A program made the translations under genes and the position numbers. The notes beneath the pieces are model-generated. The model was not told the origin of the DNA. It worked only from the letters and a program-made list of their open reading frames with translations, and did no database searches. Below are positions 16,948-26,852 of a stretch of DNA of 32,000 nucleotides, one piece after another (within the stretch, counting starts at the first letter, position 1; the number at the start of each line of letters is the position of its first letter). The stretch lies in the NCBI RefSeq assembly GCF_004365815.1, contig NZ_SODD01000021.1, positions 5,685 through 37,684 on the forward strand, in the 5' to 3' direction. Source of the stretch: Breznakia blatticola (lineage in GTDB: Bacteria > Bacillota_I > Bacilli_A > Erysipelotrichales > Erysipelotrichaceae).

Positions 16948-19113
16948 ATGGAAAAAGTAGCAGATATTTACATTGAATATACAGCAATGGCTGTAGATCA
17001 AAGTTATTTATACAAAGTGAATCAATACAACGTAGAAAAAGGGATGCGTGTTTACATCATGTTTGCTGGAAGGAAAATCGTTGGAATCATCGATCGTGTA
17101 TACGAGATGCCAAAGACAGAACTCGATGCTTTACCATATAAGGTACAAGCAATTGATAGTGTTATCGATGAGGATGTTTTGTTGAACGAAGAAGCTTTTC
17201 ATTTGGCTAGATTTATGGCAAATCGCTGTGTAGCAAGTGTTATGAGTTGTTTTCAAGCAATGTTGCCAAGTAAGTTAAAACCAAAATCAACAAAGCAAAA
17301 CATTCGTAAAGAAGTGTATGTGATATACCAACAAGATAAAGAAGTAAAAGGACAAAAACAAAAAGAAGCGCTTGCCTATCTTCAAGAGCATCCAAAGATA
17401 AAACGACAAGATTTCAACAAACGATACAGTTGTTTACAACGGTTTATTGAGTTAGGAATTGTTGTGTTGCAAGAAGAAGAAAAGCAAGCAGAAGTTGAAC
17501 AAATCAATCTTGCATGTGATCATTTCAAACTTCAAGAAGCCCAACAACAAGCACTTGATAAAATTAAGGCAATTGCAGGACATCATGTGCATTTACTACA
17601 CGGAGTAACGGGTAGTGGAAAAACAGAGATTTTCTTACAATTAGCTAGTGAAGTATTAGCACAAGGAAAACAAGTGTTGATATTAGTTCCTGAAATAGGA
17701 TTGACTGCACAAATGGTAGAACGTGTTACCTGTCGGTTTGGAAAAAGTGTAGCTATTTATCATTCCAATTTAAATAATCAGCAGAAGTATGAACAATATA
17801 AGTTAGTAAAAGAAAAGAAGGTACAAATTGTTGTCGGAACAAGAAGTTCTGTATTTATGCCTTTTGAACAACTAGGACTTATTGTATTAGATGAAGAGCA
17901 TGATGCAAGTTATAAACAAGATAGTCAACCACGCTATCACTGTAGAGATTTAGCAATTGAGCGTGCAAGATATCATGATTGTCCAATTGTACTAGCAAGT
18001 GCAACCCCTTCATTAGAATCGTATGCACGTGCATATAAAGGAAATTACCAATTATTGGAATTAAAGGAACGTATTCATAAGAATATGCCAGTTGTGCATG
18101 TTGTGGATATGAAAGAAAGTATGAAGCACGATCACGATGCACTACTTTCCGTTTCACTTAAAAATGCAATCTATGAGCGCTTAGAAAAAAATGAACAAGT
18201 AATCTTACTACTAAATCGTAGAGGATATACTCCGGTTTTACGTTGTTTAGATTGTGGGGAAGTTAAAAAATGTCCACACTGTGATATTGCACTGAATTAT
18301 CATAAACAAACCAATCGTTTGGTTTGTCATTACTGTGAATATCATGAACCAGCATATTTTGTTTGTTCAAGTTGTGGAAGCAAAAATATATCCACTTCAG
18401 GTTTTGGTACCCAACGGTTAGAAGAATATCTAGATGAATTATTTCCACAAGCACGTGTCGTGCGAATGGATCAGGATACGATGCGAAGAAAAGATATGCA
18501 TGAAGTTGTATTAAGAGAATTCGAGCAACATAAATATGATATTTTAGTTGGTACGCAAATGATCGCAAAAGGACTAGATATTCCAAATGTAACACTTGTT
18601 GGTATTGTAAATGCAGATGCAAGTTTACAACGAGAAGATTTCCGTAGTGTAGAAGTCACTTTTGATTTGCTTGTACAAGCAAGTGGACGAAGTGGACGTG
18701 GTGATAAAATTGGTGAAGTTATCATGCAAGCATACCAAAAAGAGCATTATGCAATTCGTTGCGCGCAAAATCAAGACTACGATACATTCTTTAAAAAAGA
18801 GATGCAATTTCGTCATTTGGGGAAATATCCACCATACACGTATTTAGCAAGTTTGATCTTTACCAATGATAAAGTGGACCAAATTTATCAGGATATTGAT
18901 ACTTGTTTTGAAGTGTTTGATTATCCAAATGTGCATCATTTACGAGCAGTGCAATTACAAAAAAGAAAAGATACATTACGTGTTCGTAAAATCTTAAAGT
19001 GTGCAAATCTTGATGAATTAATCGCATCTGTGCACTTTATAAAAAATGAATTATTAAAAAATAAATGCAAGAGCAAATTGGAAATAGATATCAATCCATT
19101 GTTTTTGGAATAA
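16948..19113 (+). CDS. priA: Primosomal replication-restart helicase PriA
   Basis: 721 aa. Walker A GVTGSGKTE, DEEH box (LDEEHD), and the PriA Cys-rich Zn region CLDCG...CPHCD...CHYC...CSSCGS. Confidence 0.95.
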   Translation: MEKVADIYIEYTAMAVDQSYLYKVNQYNVEKGMRVYIMFAGRKIVGIIDRVYEMPKTELDALPYKVQAIDSVIDEDVLLNEEAFHLARFMANRCVASVMSCFQAMLPSKLKPKSTKQNIRKEVYVIYQQDKEVKGQKQKEALAYLQEHPKIKRQDFNKRYSCLQRFIELGIVVLQEEEKQAEVEQINLACDHFKLQEAQQQALDKIKAIAGHHVHLLHGVTGSGKTEIFLQLASEVLAQGKQVLILVPEIGLTAQMVERVTCRFGKSVAIYHSNLNNQQKYEQYKLVKEKKVQIVVGTRSSVFMPFEQLGLIVLDEEHDASYKQDSQPRYHCRDLAIERARYHDCPIVLASATPSLESYARAYKGNYQLLELKERIHKNMPVVHVVDMKESMKHDHDALLSVSLKNAIYERLEKNEQVILLLNRRGYTPVLRCLDCGEVKKCPHCDIALNYHKQTNRLVCHYCEYHEPAYFVCSSCGSKNISTSGFGTQRLEEYLDELFPQARVVRMDQDTMRRKDMHEVVLREFEQHKYDILVGTQMIAKGLDIPNVTLVGIVNADASLQREDFRSVEVTFDLLVQASGRSGRGDKIGEVIMQAYQKEHYAIRCAQNQDYDTFFKKEMQFRHLGKYPPYTYLASLIFTNDKVDQIYQDIDTCFEVFDYPNVHHLRAVQLQKRKDTLRVRKILKCANLDELIASVHFIKNELLKNKCKSKLEIDINPLFLE

Positions 19114-19145
19114 CTATCGCTTGCTATCTATAAAGGATGGTTTTG

Positions 19146-19154
19146 TGGTATGAT
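19146..19154 (+). promoter_or_regulatory. Extended -10 element TGgTATGAT upstream of rsmB
   Basis: Seen at 19146-19154. There is no good -35. It implies a transcript start near 19161, which disfavours the track start at 19167. Confidence 0.35.
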
Positions 19155-19199
19155 AGGTAAGAAAAAATGAAAGGCGAATCCTACGGGATGAGGGTGGCT

Positions 19200-20453
19200 A
19201 TGAGCGTTAGAAAAAAAGCATTTGAACTGTTAATTGAAATTGCCATTCATGGTAAATACAGTAACTTATTATTAAAGAAAGAACTTGTTGGATTTGATGA
19301 TCGCGATAAAGCACTTATTTCTAATATTGTATATGGAACATTGCAAAATTATCGATACATCAATTACCAATGGAAAGACTATACAGAAAAACCAGTAAAA
19401 CGAGAAATCAAGTTGTTGCTTGATATGAGTGTTTACCAAATGTTCTTTTTGGACCGTATTCCAGATTTCGCCATCATTGATGATGCAGTAGAAATCGCAA
19501 AAGGAAAATACGAAGGAAAATATGCTGGATTTGTGAACGCCATCTTACGCCAAGTACAACGCAAAGGAAAACGCACAATTGAAGGTGATGATTTTGAAGA
19601 ATTAGCAATTCGCACATCATTTCCAACCTGGATTGTTCGTATGTGGGCAAAACAATATGGAATGGAAACAACGATTCAATTATGCGAAGATTCCTTACAT
19701 ATTCCTAACCAGACAGTACGTATCAATACCATTAAATCTTCCAAAGAGGAATTGATGCAAAGTAATCAATATACAGAAGGAAAACTTTCACCAGTTGCTT
19801 TATATTTTAAAAAAGGAAGCATTGCAGCTACAGAAGATTTTAAATATGGACGTACAAGTGTCCAAGATGAAGCTAGTCAAATGGTTGCTTTAACACTTAA
19901 TCCAACAGAAGATGATGTTGTTCTTGATATGTGTAGTGCACCAGGAAGTAAAACTGGGCATATGGCTGCACTTATGAAAAATCGTGGGAAAATTATCGCG
20001 ACTGATATACATCCACACCGTTTAGAATTAGTAAAAGCAACAATGCGTCGACTTGGATGTATCAATGTGGATTATCAAGTAATGGATGCAACAAAGGCAA
20101 GTGAACACTTTGAAACAAATCGTTTTGATAAAATCTTAGTTGATGCACCTTGTAGTGGATATGGAACATTAAAACGCAAAAATGAGATTAAGATGTTTAT
20201 GGAACCTGAAGATATGGATGGTATCATCAAAACACAAAAAGGAATTTTAGCACAAGCATACATCGTTTTAAAACCAGGTGGTGAAATGGTGTATTCAACA
20301 TGTACCTTAAATAAAAAGGAAAATGAATTACAAATTAAATCATTTATAGAAGCACATCCAGATATGGAAATTCTTTCAGAGGAAACGATTTTCCCATTTA
20401 CGTATGATAGCGATGGTTTCTTTATATGTAAGATGCGAAAAATGGAAGAATAA
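19200..20453 (+). CDS. rsmB: 16S rRNA (cytosine967-C5)-methyltransferase RsmB/Sun
   Basis: N-terminal NusB-like domain, then SAM-methyltransferase motifs DMCSAPGSKT and DAPCSGYGTL. I prefer ATG 19200 (RBS GAGGGTGG). In-frame ATGs at 19167 and 19188 are alternatives. Confidence 0.92.
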   Translation: MSVRKKAFELLIEIAIHGKYSNLLLKKELVGFDDRDKALISNIVYGTLQNYRYINYQWKDYTEKPVKREIKLLLDMSVYQMFFLDRIPDFAIIDDAVEIAKGKYEGKYAGFVNAILRQVQRKGKRTIEGDDFEELAIRTSFPTWIVRMWAKQYGMETTIQLCEDSLHIPNQTVRINTIKSSKEELMQSNQYTEGKLSPVALYFKKGSIAATEDFKYGRTSVQDEASQMVALTLNPTEDDVVLDMCSAPGSKTGHMAALMKNRGKIIATDIHPHRLELVKATMRRLGCINVDYQVMDATKASEHFETNRFDKILVDAPCSGYGTLKRKNEIKMFMEPEDMDGIIKTQKGILAQAYIVLKPGGEMVYSTCTLNKKENELQIKSFIEAHPDMEILSEETIFPFTYDSDGFFICKMRKMEE

Positions 20454-20494
20454 GGACGATTTCATTGATAGGAAAGAATGGTAAATGTAGAAAT

Positions 20495-21541
20495 ATGAAA
20501 GATAGTATTTACAATTTAGATGCACTTGAAATGCAAGAGATGGCAAAAACACATGGATGGAAACCATTTAGAGGAAAGCAAATCTTTCGTTGGTTATACC
20601 GAGAACATGTTACAAACTTCGATGCGATGAGTGATATAAATAAAGAATCAAGACAAATCCTTAATGAGCAATACAGTATTTCGAACTTACGTTTAGTGAA
20701 AAAACAAGTATCGAAAGATGGAACAAGAAAGTATTTATTTGCTTTAGCAGATGATGCGTTAATTGAAACTGTATTGATGAGTTTTGATTATGGAAAGAGT
20801 GTCTGTGTCACAACACAAGTTGGATGTAATATGGCTTGTGCTTTTTGTGCGAGTGGACTACTCAAAAAACAAAGAAATTTGACGACTGCTGAAATGGTTG
20901 ATCAAATCATGTATGTTCAACGTGAACTTGATGAAGACGAAGATCGTGTCAGTCATATTGTTGTTATGGGAACTGGAGAACCATTTGATAATTATGATCA
21001 TGTGATGAAGTTTCTAAGCATTATGAATGATGATAATGGTTTAGCAATCGGGGCACGTCATATTACGATAAGTACATGTGGAATTGTGCCAATGATTGAA
21101 CGGTTTGCAAAAGAACAAAAACAATACAATCTAGCAATTAGTCTACATGCACCAAATAATGAATTGCGAAATAAATTAATGCCAATTAATAAAGCTTATC
21201 CATTAGAAGAGTTGATGAAAGCACTTGATGTATATGAAACATACAACAATCGTCGCTTAACTTTTGAATATATATTATTGAAAGGTGTAAACGATAGTAA
21301 AGAACATGCAAAACAACTTGCAAAACTATTGAAAGGACATCATTACTATATGAATCTAATTCCTTATAATAGTGTTGATGAACAAGGTTTTCAAGGAGTT
21401 AGTAGAGAACATGCAATGACATTTTATGATGAACTTATGAAACTTGGGGTACGTTGTACGATTCGCAAGGAGCATGGTGGAGATATTGATGCTGCTTGTG
21501 GACAATTAAGAGCTAATGAAATGAAAGAAGGTAAACAATGA
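20495..21541 (+). CDS. rlmN: Radical-SAM 23S rRNA/tRNA A2503 C2-methyltransferase RlmN
   Basis: FRGKQIFRWLY N-terminal motif and radical-SAM cluster CNMACAFCASG. The start is ambiguous: ATG 20495, or TTG 20465 with AAGGA 7 nt upstream. Confidence 0.93.
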   Translation: MKDSIYNLDALEMQEMAKTHGWKPFRGKQIFRWLYREHVTNFDAMSDINKESRQILNEQYSISNLRLVKKQVSKDGTRKYLFALADDALIETVLMSFDYGKSVCVTTQVGCNMACAFCASGLLKKQRNLTTAEMVDQIMYVQRELDEDEDRVSHIVVMGTGEPFDNYDHVMKFLSIMNDDNGLAIGARHITISTCGIVPMIERFAKEQKQYNLAISLHAPNNELRNKLMPINKAYPLEELMKALDVYETYNNRRLTFEYILLKGVNDSKEHAKQLAKLLKGHHYYMNLIPYNSVDEQGFQGVSREHAMTFYDELMKLGVRCTIRKEHGGDIDAACGQLRANEMKEGKQ

Positions 21542-22275
21542 TACGAATGTATGGAACGACCGATCGTGGTAAGGTTCGAACAATGAATCAAGATAGTTTG
21601 TTCTATGGAACAAATGCGAATCAAGAATCCATCATGATTGTTTGCGACGGAATTGGTGGTGGAAATGCTGGTGATGTTGCAAGTTTTATGGCAAAAGAAG
21701 TAATTGCCAAAGAATTCGAAAACAAAGAAGTTAGCAAAACCATAAATCAAACCAAAGAGTGGTTACGCTATGCAATTGAAAAAGCAAACGATGAAGTATT
21801 CCGTGCGAGTACTACGAATGTGGATTATAAAGGAATGGGGACAACTGTTGCAGGTGTCTTATTCTCGCAAAATGAAACGTTTATTTTCCACTGTGGAGAT
21901 TCACGAGTGTACGCTATGTACGATGGAGAATTGATTGCCTTGACTGAAGACCATAACTTAGCAAGTGATTTGGTACAAGCAGGTGAAGTTAGTGTTTCGC
22001 AAGCAAGTTCTCATCCAAAAGGTAGCATGCTTACACGTGCTTTAGGTGTGTGGAATAAAGTGGATCCATCAATCAACAAAATAAAAAATAATTATCAATC
22101 TATTATGGTTTCAAGTGATGGGTTACATGGATTTGTGTCTGCTGCATTAATCCAAAGTATTCTGCAACAAGAAATCTCGATTGAAGATAAAGTACATGAA
22201 CTAATCTTAGCAAGTAATGAAGCTGGTGGTTATGATAACGTAACGATTATCGTTGCGGAAAAGGAGGGTGCATAA
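21538..22275 (+). CDS. stp: PP2C-family Ser/Thr phosphatase
   Basis: 245 aa. It has TDRGKVRTMNQDS, VCDGIGG and SSDGL PP2C motifs. Its ATG overlaps the rlmN TGA (ATGA). Confidence 0.93.
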   Translation: MIRMYGTTDRGKVRTMNQDSLFYGTNANQESIMIVCDGIGGGNAGDVASFMAKEVIAKEFENKEVSKTINQTKEWLRYAIEKANDEVFRASTTNVDYKGMGTTVAGVLFSQNETFIFHCGDSRVYAMYDGELIALTEDHNLASDLVQAGEVSVSQASSHPKGSMLTRALGVWNKVDPSINKIKNNYQSIMVSSDGLHGFVSAALIQSILQQEISIEDKVHELILASNEAGGYDNVTIIVAEKEGA

Positions 22276-24188
22276 TGAGTGAACAAACGATGATTGCCAA
22301 CCGTTACATGGTTGTGTCTTCCATTGGGTCAGGTGGAATGGCAGATGTTTATTTAGCAATTGATACAATACTAAATCGCGAAGTGGCGATTAAAGTTTTA
22401 CGAGGAGATGCAGGAAAAGATCCAGTAGCCTTGGTCCGTTTCCAACGTGAAGCAAGTGCAACAAGTAAATTGCACCATCCAAATGTCGTAGAAGTATATG
22501 ATGTTGGAGAGTATGATGGACGTAGTTATATCGTAATGGAATATGTACGTGGAAAAACATTGAAACAATTGATTCGCCAACGTGGTGCTTTGCCAGTTGA
22601 TGAAGCAGTCTCAATTATGAAACAACTGACAAGCGCAGTTGCACACGCACATGAAAACAATATTATTCACCGCGATATCAAGCCGCAAAACGTGTTGGTA
22701 AAAGACGATGGAACCGTAAAGATTACGGATTTTGGGATTGCGCTAGCTCATGATGCAGTGCAATTAACACAAAGTGATTCTGTTTTAGGAAGTGCACATT
22801 ATATTGCACCAGAAACAACACGTGGTGAAATAGCAACTGTACAAACGGATATTTACTCACTAGGGATTGTGTTTTATGAATTGCTTACTGGAGATGTTCC
22901 ATTCAATGGTGAAAACCCAGTGCAAATTGCGATGAAGCACATGCGTGAAGACATTCCTAGCGTACGTGATTTTAATAAGAAAATTCCTCAAAGTGTGGAA
23001 AACATCATCATTCTAGCAACAGCTAAAAATAAAAAGCACCGTTATGCTTCAGCAAATGATATGCTTTTTGATTTAGAAGTATGTTTGGCACCAGAAATGG
23101 CCAATGTCGCAAAGGTTGTCTTTGATGACTCAGATTCACCAAATGATGGAACTGTGGTATTTGATGAAACCGCAAAAGCAAAAATACCTGCACAAAATGA
23201 TGCACAAACTGCTGCCCAAGAAGTAAAACCAGCAAAGAAAAAGCTATCAAAGAAAGCAAAAATCATTGCAATTGCAGCACTTGTATTCTTACTTGCATGT
23301 GCAACGACAGCAGGTGTATATTTCTCAGGAGCAATTGATGGATTTGGACCTACTGAATATGTAGAAATGCCAAATCTAGAAGGATATGAAAAAGATCAAG
23401 CAGAAGATGTATTGAAAAAATATGGTCTTGAACTTGGTAAAGTGACTACGGAAGTAACTGAAGATGATTCGATTCAAGAAGGTGAAGTATTCAAGCAATC
23501 GAAAAAAGCAGGAGACAAGGTTGCAAAGGGTTCAAAGATTAACATAACAATTAGTGGTGGAACGTATTTTGTAATTGAAAACTATGTTGGTAAAAATATC
23601 GATGATATTCGATCAAAATTAGAAGCCAACAACATTACAGTGGAAGTCAAAGAAGAATTTACTGAAGATGATGAAGCAGGAACCATTCTTAGTCAAAGTG
23701 GACTTAGCGAAGGTACAAAAATTAAACCAAACGAGAAAAAGACAATTACCTTTACCGTAAGTAAAGGAAAATACTTCATGATTACAAACTATGTTGGTAA
23801 ACAACTTAGTGAAGTAAAACCAATCCTTGAAGCACAAGGAATTGTGGTTTCTGTTGAGCAAAAAGAATCTTCTGATTTTGCAGAAGGACAAATTATTGAA
23901 CAAAAAGGCTTATCAGAAGGTGACTTAGTAGAACCTGGTAAGAATGCAACAATTACCCTTGTTGTTTCTAAAGGGGAAAGTGACTCTGCTTTACGAAGTG
24001 TCATTGGTTGGGAAATCGAAGCTGCAAAAAGTGAATTGAGTGGATCTGGATATACAGTAAAACTTGAAGTAATCGATCGTCCAGATGGCGATACGAGTCC
24101 AATCAAAACCGTAATTAAGCAAAGTCCAGAAGCTGGTTCAACCATTAAAGATGGTGCAACTGTAACATTGTATTACTACCAAGATTAA
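22275..24188 (+). CDS. prkC: PASTA-domain Ser/Thr protein kinase
   Basis: 637 aa. Hanks kinase motifs (GSGGMADVY, HRDIKPQN, DFG, APE), one TM (IIAIAALVFLLACATTAGVYF), and four PASTA-like repeats. There is a 1-nt overlap with stp. Confidence 0.96.
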   Translation: MSEQTMIANRYMVVSSIGSGGMADVYLAIDTILNREVAIKVLRGDAGKDPVALVRFQREASATSKLHHPNVVEVYDVGEYDGRSYIVMEYVRGKTLKQLIRQRGALPVDEAVSIMKQLTSAVAHAHENNIIHRDIKPQNVLVKDDGTVKITDFGIALAHDAVQLTQSDSVLGSAHYIAPETTRGEIATVQTDIYSLGIVFYELLTGDVPFNGENPVQIAMKHMREDIPSVRDFNKKIPQSVENIIILATAKNKKHRYASANDMLFDLEVCLAPEMANVAKVVFDDSDSPNDGTVVFDETAKAKIPAQNDAQTAAQEVKPAKKKLSKKAKIIAIAALVFLLACATTAGVYFSGAIDGFGPTEYVEMPNLEGYEKDQAEDVLKKYGLELGKVTTEVTEDDSIQEGEVFKQSKKAGDKVAKGSKINITISGGTYFVIENYVGKNIDDIRSKLEANNITVEVKEEFTEDDEAGTILSQSGLSEGTKIKPNEKKTITFTVSKGKYFMITNYVGKQLSEVKPILEAQGIVVSVEQKESSDFAEGQIIEQKGLSEGDLVEPGKNATITLVVSKGESDSALRSVIGWEIEAAKSELSGSGYTVKLEVIDRPDGDTSPIKTVIKQSPEAGSTIKDGATVTLYYYQD

Positions 24189-24205
24189 TTAAGAAAAGGG
24201 GATCT

Positions 24206-25063
24206 ATGAAACAAGGAACAATCATTCGAATTATCTCAAATCAGTATCAGATCTATAGCGATGGAATTACCTATGATGCAAAAGCAATGGGAAAACTACG
24301 AAAAGGCGTTAGTCCTGTTGTTGGTGATATTGTGGATTTTGAAAAAATGGATGACATTTATGGAATTCAAAAAATACATGAACGTAAAAATCAACTTGTG
24401 CGTCCTTTAATTGCAAATGTAGATCAGGCAATTATTGTGATGAGTGCCAAAGATCCCGATTTTTCTACTGTATTAATTGATCGTTTGATTTTCTTGATTT
24501 CTTATGAAGGAATCACACCTGTTTTAGTTATCACGAAGATGGATATGATTGAAGATGAAAGTGATCCTGTATATGGATACATCGAAGACTACAAAAAAGG
24601 TGGATACGAAGTATATGTTAACGGTAAAGAATTTGACACAAAAGATATTGAGGCTGCATTTAAAGGGAAGATTAGTGTTCTGACCGGACAAAGTGGAGCT
24701 GGTAAATCAAGTCTATTGAATCGTATTGATAATCGCTTGGAAATTAAAACGCAAGCAATTTCAAAAGCACTAGGACGTGGAAAACATACAACCCGTCACA
24801 CTCAACTATTTGAAATCAATGATGGATGGGTAGCAGATACACCAGGATTCTCATCACTGGATTTAGAAAATATGGATGTACATATCTTTGCGCATACCGT
24901 ACCTGATTTTGTGCCTTATGTGGGAAAGTGTAAGTTCAATGATTGTATTCATATAAATGAACCACAGTGTGCAGTACTGGAAGCTGTTGAAGATAAAGAA
25001 ATTGTAAAGTATCGTTATGATCACTATAAAGAAGTGGTGAAAATGATTCAAAATAAACGGTAG
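24206..25063 (+). CDS. rsgA: Ribosome small-subunit biogenesis GTPase RsgA
   Basis: 285 aa. Circularly permuted GTPase (ITKMD then GQSGAGKSSLLN) with C-terminal Zn knuckle CKFNDCIHINEPQC. Confidence 0.94.
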   Translation: MKQGTIIRIISNQYQIYSDGITYDAKAMGKLRKGVSPVVGDIVDFEKMDDIYGIQKIHERKNQLVRPLIANVDQAIIVMSAKDPDFSTVLIDRLIFLISYEGITPVLVITKMDMIEDESDPVYGYIEDYKKGGYEVYVNGKEFDTKDIEAAFKGKISVLTGQSGAGKSSLLNRIDNRLEIKTQAISKALGRGKHTTRHTQLFEINDGWVADTPGFSSLDLENMDVHIFAHTVPDFVPYVGKCKFNDCIHINEPQCAVLEAVEDKEIVKYRYDHYKEVVKMIQNKR

Positions 25064-25074
25064 GGGGAATAAAG

Positions 25075-25728
25075 ATGAAAAAAGTTATTGTAGCACCATC
25101 AGTGTTATCACTGGATTATGCAAAGGTTGAAACGCAACTTGCACAAGTTGTAAAAGCAAACACACCATGGCTTCACTTTGATGTGATGGATGGTCACTTT
25201 GTTGATGCGATTACCTTTGGTCCAAATGTGTTAAAAGGATTTAAGAAGGCAACCAATTTATTTATGGATGTTCATATTATGGTGGACCAACCAGTGAAAG
25301 TAGCGAAACAGATGATTGATGCAGGAGCGGATATGATTACATTTCATGTTGAATCCCTTGATAGTGAAAATGAAATTCATCAATTGATTGCTAGTATAAA
25401 AAGACAAGGATGCAAGGCAGGTATCACTGCGCGTCCAGGTACGCAAATTGCCAATATCTTGCCATACTTAGCTTCTGTTGACTTGGTGTTGGTAATGAGT
25501 GTGGAACCTGGAAAAGGTGGACAATCATTCATGCCTGAAGCATTAGATAAAATTGCATACTTTGATACATACCGAAAAGAACACAATTTGAATTATGTAA
25601 TTGAAGTGGATGGTGGAATTAATAAAGATACTGGAGAACTTTGTAAAAAGGCTGGTGTTGATGTACTTGTTGCTGGATCTTATGTATTCGAAGGTGATAT
25701 TGAAGAGAGGATCCAATCATTAGTATGA
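25075..25728 (+). CDS. rpe: Ribulose-phosphate 3-epimerase
   Basis: 217 aa. Motifs APSVLSLDY, HFDVMDGHFV, MSVEPGKGGQ and VDGGI. Confidence 0.95.
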   Translation: MKKVIVAPSVLSLDYAKVETQLAQVVKANTPWLHFDVMDGHFVDAITFGPNVLKGFKKATNLFMDVHIMVDQPVKVAKQMIDAGADMITFHVESLDSENEIHQLIASIKRQGCKAGITARPGTQIANILPYLASVDLVLVMSVEPGKGGQSFMPEALDKIAYFDTYRKEHNLNYVIEVDGGINKDTGELCKKAGVDVLVAGSYVFEGDIEERIQSLV

Positions 25729-26333
25729 AACGTGTAATCCTTTGTGCAAACATGACAAAAGATGTACATTACAATAAAGATGTACATTATATTGGTGTGG
25801 ATGGAGGAGCCTTGGTTTTACTTGAAAAGAATATTCCAATGGATTATGCGATTGGAGATTTTGATTCTATTTCAAGTGAACAATTCGCACAACTTAAGGA
25901 AGCTACAACTCTTATTCAGTTAGAAAGTGAAAAAGATGACAGTGATAGTGAACATGCACTAAAGTTTGCACTTGAACATTATGATGAAGTTGCGCTTACT
26001 GGTGTGATTGGTGGGCGTATGGATCACTTTATTGCAATCTATAATTTGATGGCATATCAAAAACTAAACTTTGCGATTTTTGATTCACAAAATTATATCT
26101 ACCCTTTAGAAGTAGGAGAGTATCGTATGGATAAACGTACGACATATCTTTCATTCTTTGCTTGCGAGGATAGTGAAGTTACTTTGCAAGGTGTGAAATA
26201 TCCATTAGTGCATCGAAAGCTTTCCAGCAAAGATGTTTATACGGTTAGTAATGAGATTATAGAACCATATGCGGTACTCGAAGTGCATAGTGGACGTGTC
26301 ATTGTGATTGAAAGTGATGATGCAAATACATAG
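25725..26333 (+). CDS. thiN: Thiamine pyrophosphokinase
   Basis: 202 aa. It has GVDGGA and AIGDFDS motifs. Its ATG overlaps the rpe TGA. Its position after rpe matches the Bacillus yloS locus. Confidence 0.88.
   Translation: MKRVILCANMTKDVHYNKDVHYIGVDGGALVLLEKNIPMDYAIGDFDSISSEQFAQLKEATTLIQLESEKDDSDSEHALKFALEHYDEVALTGVIGGRMDHFIAIYNLMAYQKLNFAIFDSQNYIYPLEVGEYRMDKRTTYLSFFACEDSEVTLQGVKYPLVHRKLSSKDVYTVSNEIIEPYAVLEVHSGRVIVIESDDANT
25758..25793 (+). repeat. In-frame 18-bp tandem duplication (two copies, 16/18 identical) in the thiN 5' region
   Basis: AAAGATGTACATTACAAT / AAAGATGTACATTATATT, encoding KDVHYN-KDVHYI. Confidence 0.9.
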
Positions 26334-26368
26334 AAAAAAGCGTGCTCAATTATGAACACGCTTTTTGT
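26334..26368. terminator. Bidirectional terminator between convergent thiN and rpmB
   Basis: AAAAAAGCGTGCTCA-atta-TGAACACGCTTTTTG, flanked by an A-tract and a T-tract. Confidence 0.85.
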
Positions 26369-26372
26369 TTCA

Positions 26373-26564
26373 TTAGATAGCTTGTTTTGCTTTAAGTGTT
26401 TTTAAAGCACGAGCGGAAACTTTAATTTTCTTTGGTTTTCCATCTACCATCACTCTAACTGTTTGTAGGTTTACGTTCCATTTACGTCTAGTTGCACGTA
26501 ATGAGTGTGAACGTTTGTTACCTGATAATGGCCCTTTTCCAGTGATTGCACATTTTCTTGACAT
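26373..26564 (-). CDS. rpmB: 50S ribosomal protein L28
   Basis: 63 aa, [43 protein letters not shown] (revcomp of 26572-26577). Confidence 0.97.
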   Translation of the reverse strand: MSRKCAITGKGPLSGNKRSHSLRATRRKWNVNLQTVRVMVDGKPKKIKVSARALKTLKAKQAI

Positions 26565-26600
26565 TTGAAAACCTCCTTTCGTACTTTTAACTGCTTCGTA

Positions 26601-26629
26601 ATAATATCATTTCTAAAATTAAAAATCAA
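26601..26629 (-). promoter_or_regulatory. Candidate rpmB promoter: TTGATT-17 nt-TATTAT
   Basis: Minus strand: the -35 is the revcomp of 26624-26629 and the -10 the revcomp of 26601-26606. Confidence 0.55.
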
Positions 26630-26843
26630 GAAGAAAATTCACCTATTGTAAGAAAGGTGAAAGTTTATGAAAACAACATAAAATCAGAAGATGTAGATTC
26701 ATATTTATAAAGCCAATCATAAAAATACGTAATTCGAAAATGAACTTTATGAATTAAATGAAAATAAATCTTGCTTTGTGACAGAATGAATGAAAAAATA
26801 TGTGATTCACCTGTGGAAAAGAGTTTTTTTGTATAACAAAGTG

Positions 26844-26852
26844 TGATAGAAT
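26844..26852 (+). promoter_or_regulatory. Extended -10 element TGaTAGAAT upstream of ftsA
   Basis: Located 30 nt before the ftsA ATG. RBS GGATGGAGG at about 26865-26874. No clear -35. Confidence 0.4.

Noticed and set aside
23350-24185. About 200-bp periodic similarity inside prkC, considered as a possible repeat array
   Set aside because: The periodicity corresponds to four PASTA domains at the protein level (GxYFxIxNYVGK... repeats). It is not a CRISPR or other non-coding repeat.
26667-26681. 4-codon mini-ORF MKTT with a good SD in the rpmB-ftsA spacer, considered as a gene
   Set aside because: It is too short to call as a gene from sequence alone. I keep it only as a detail within the spacer finding.
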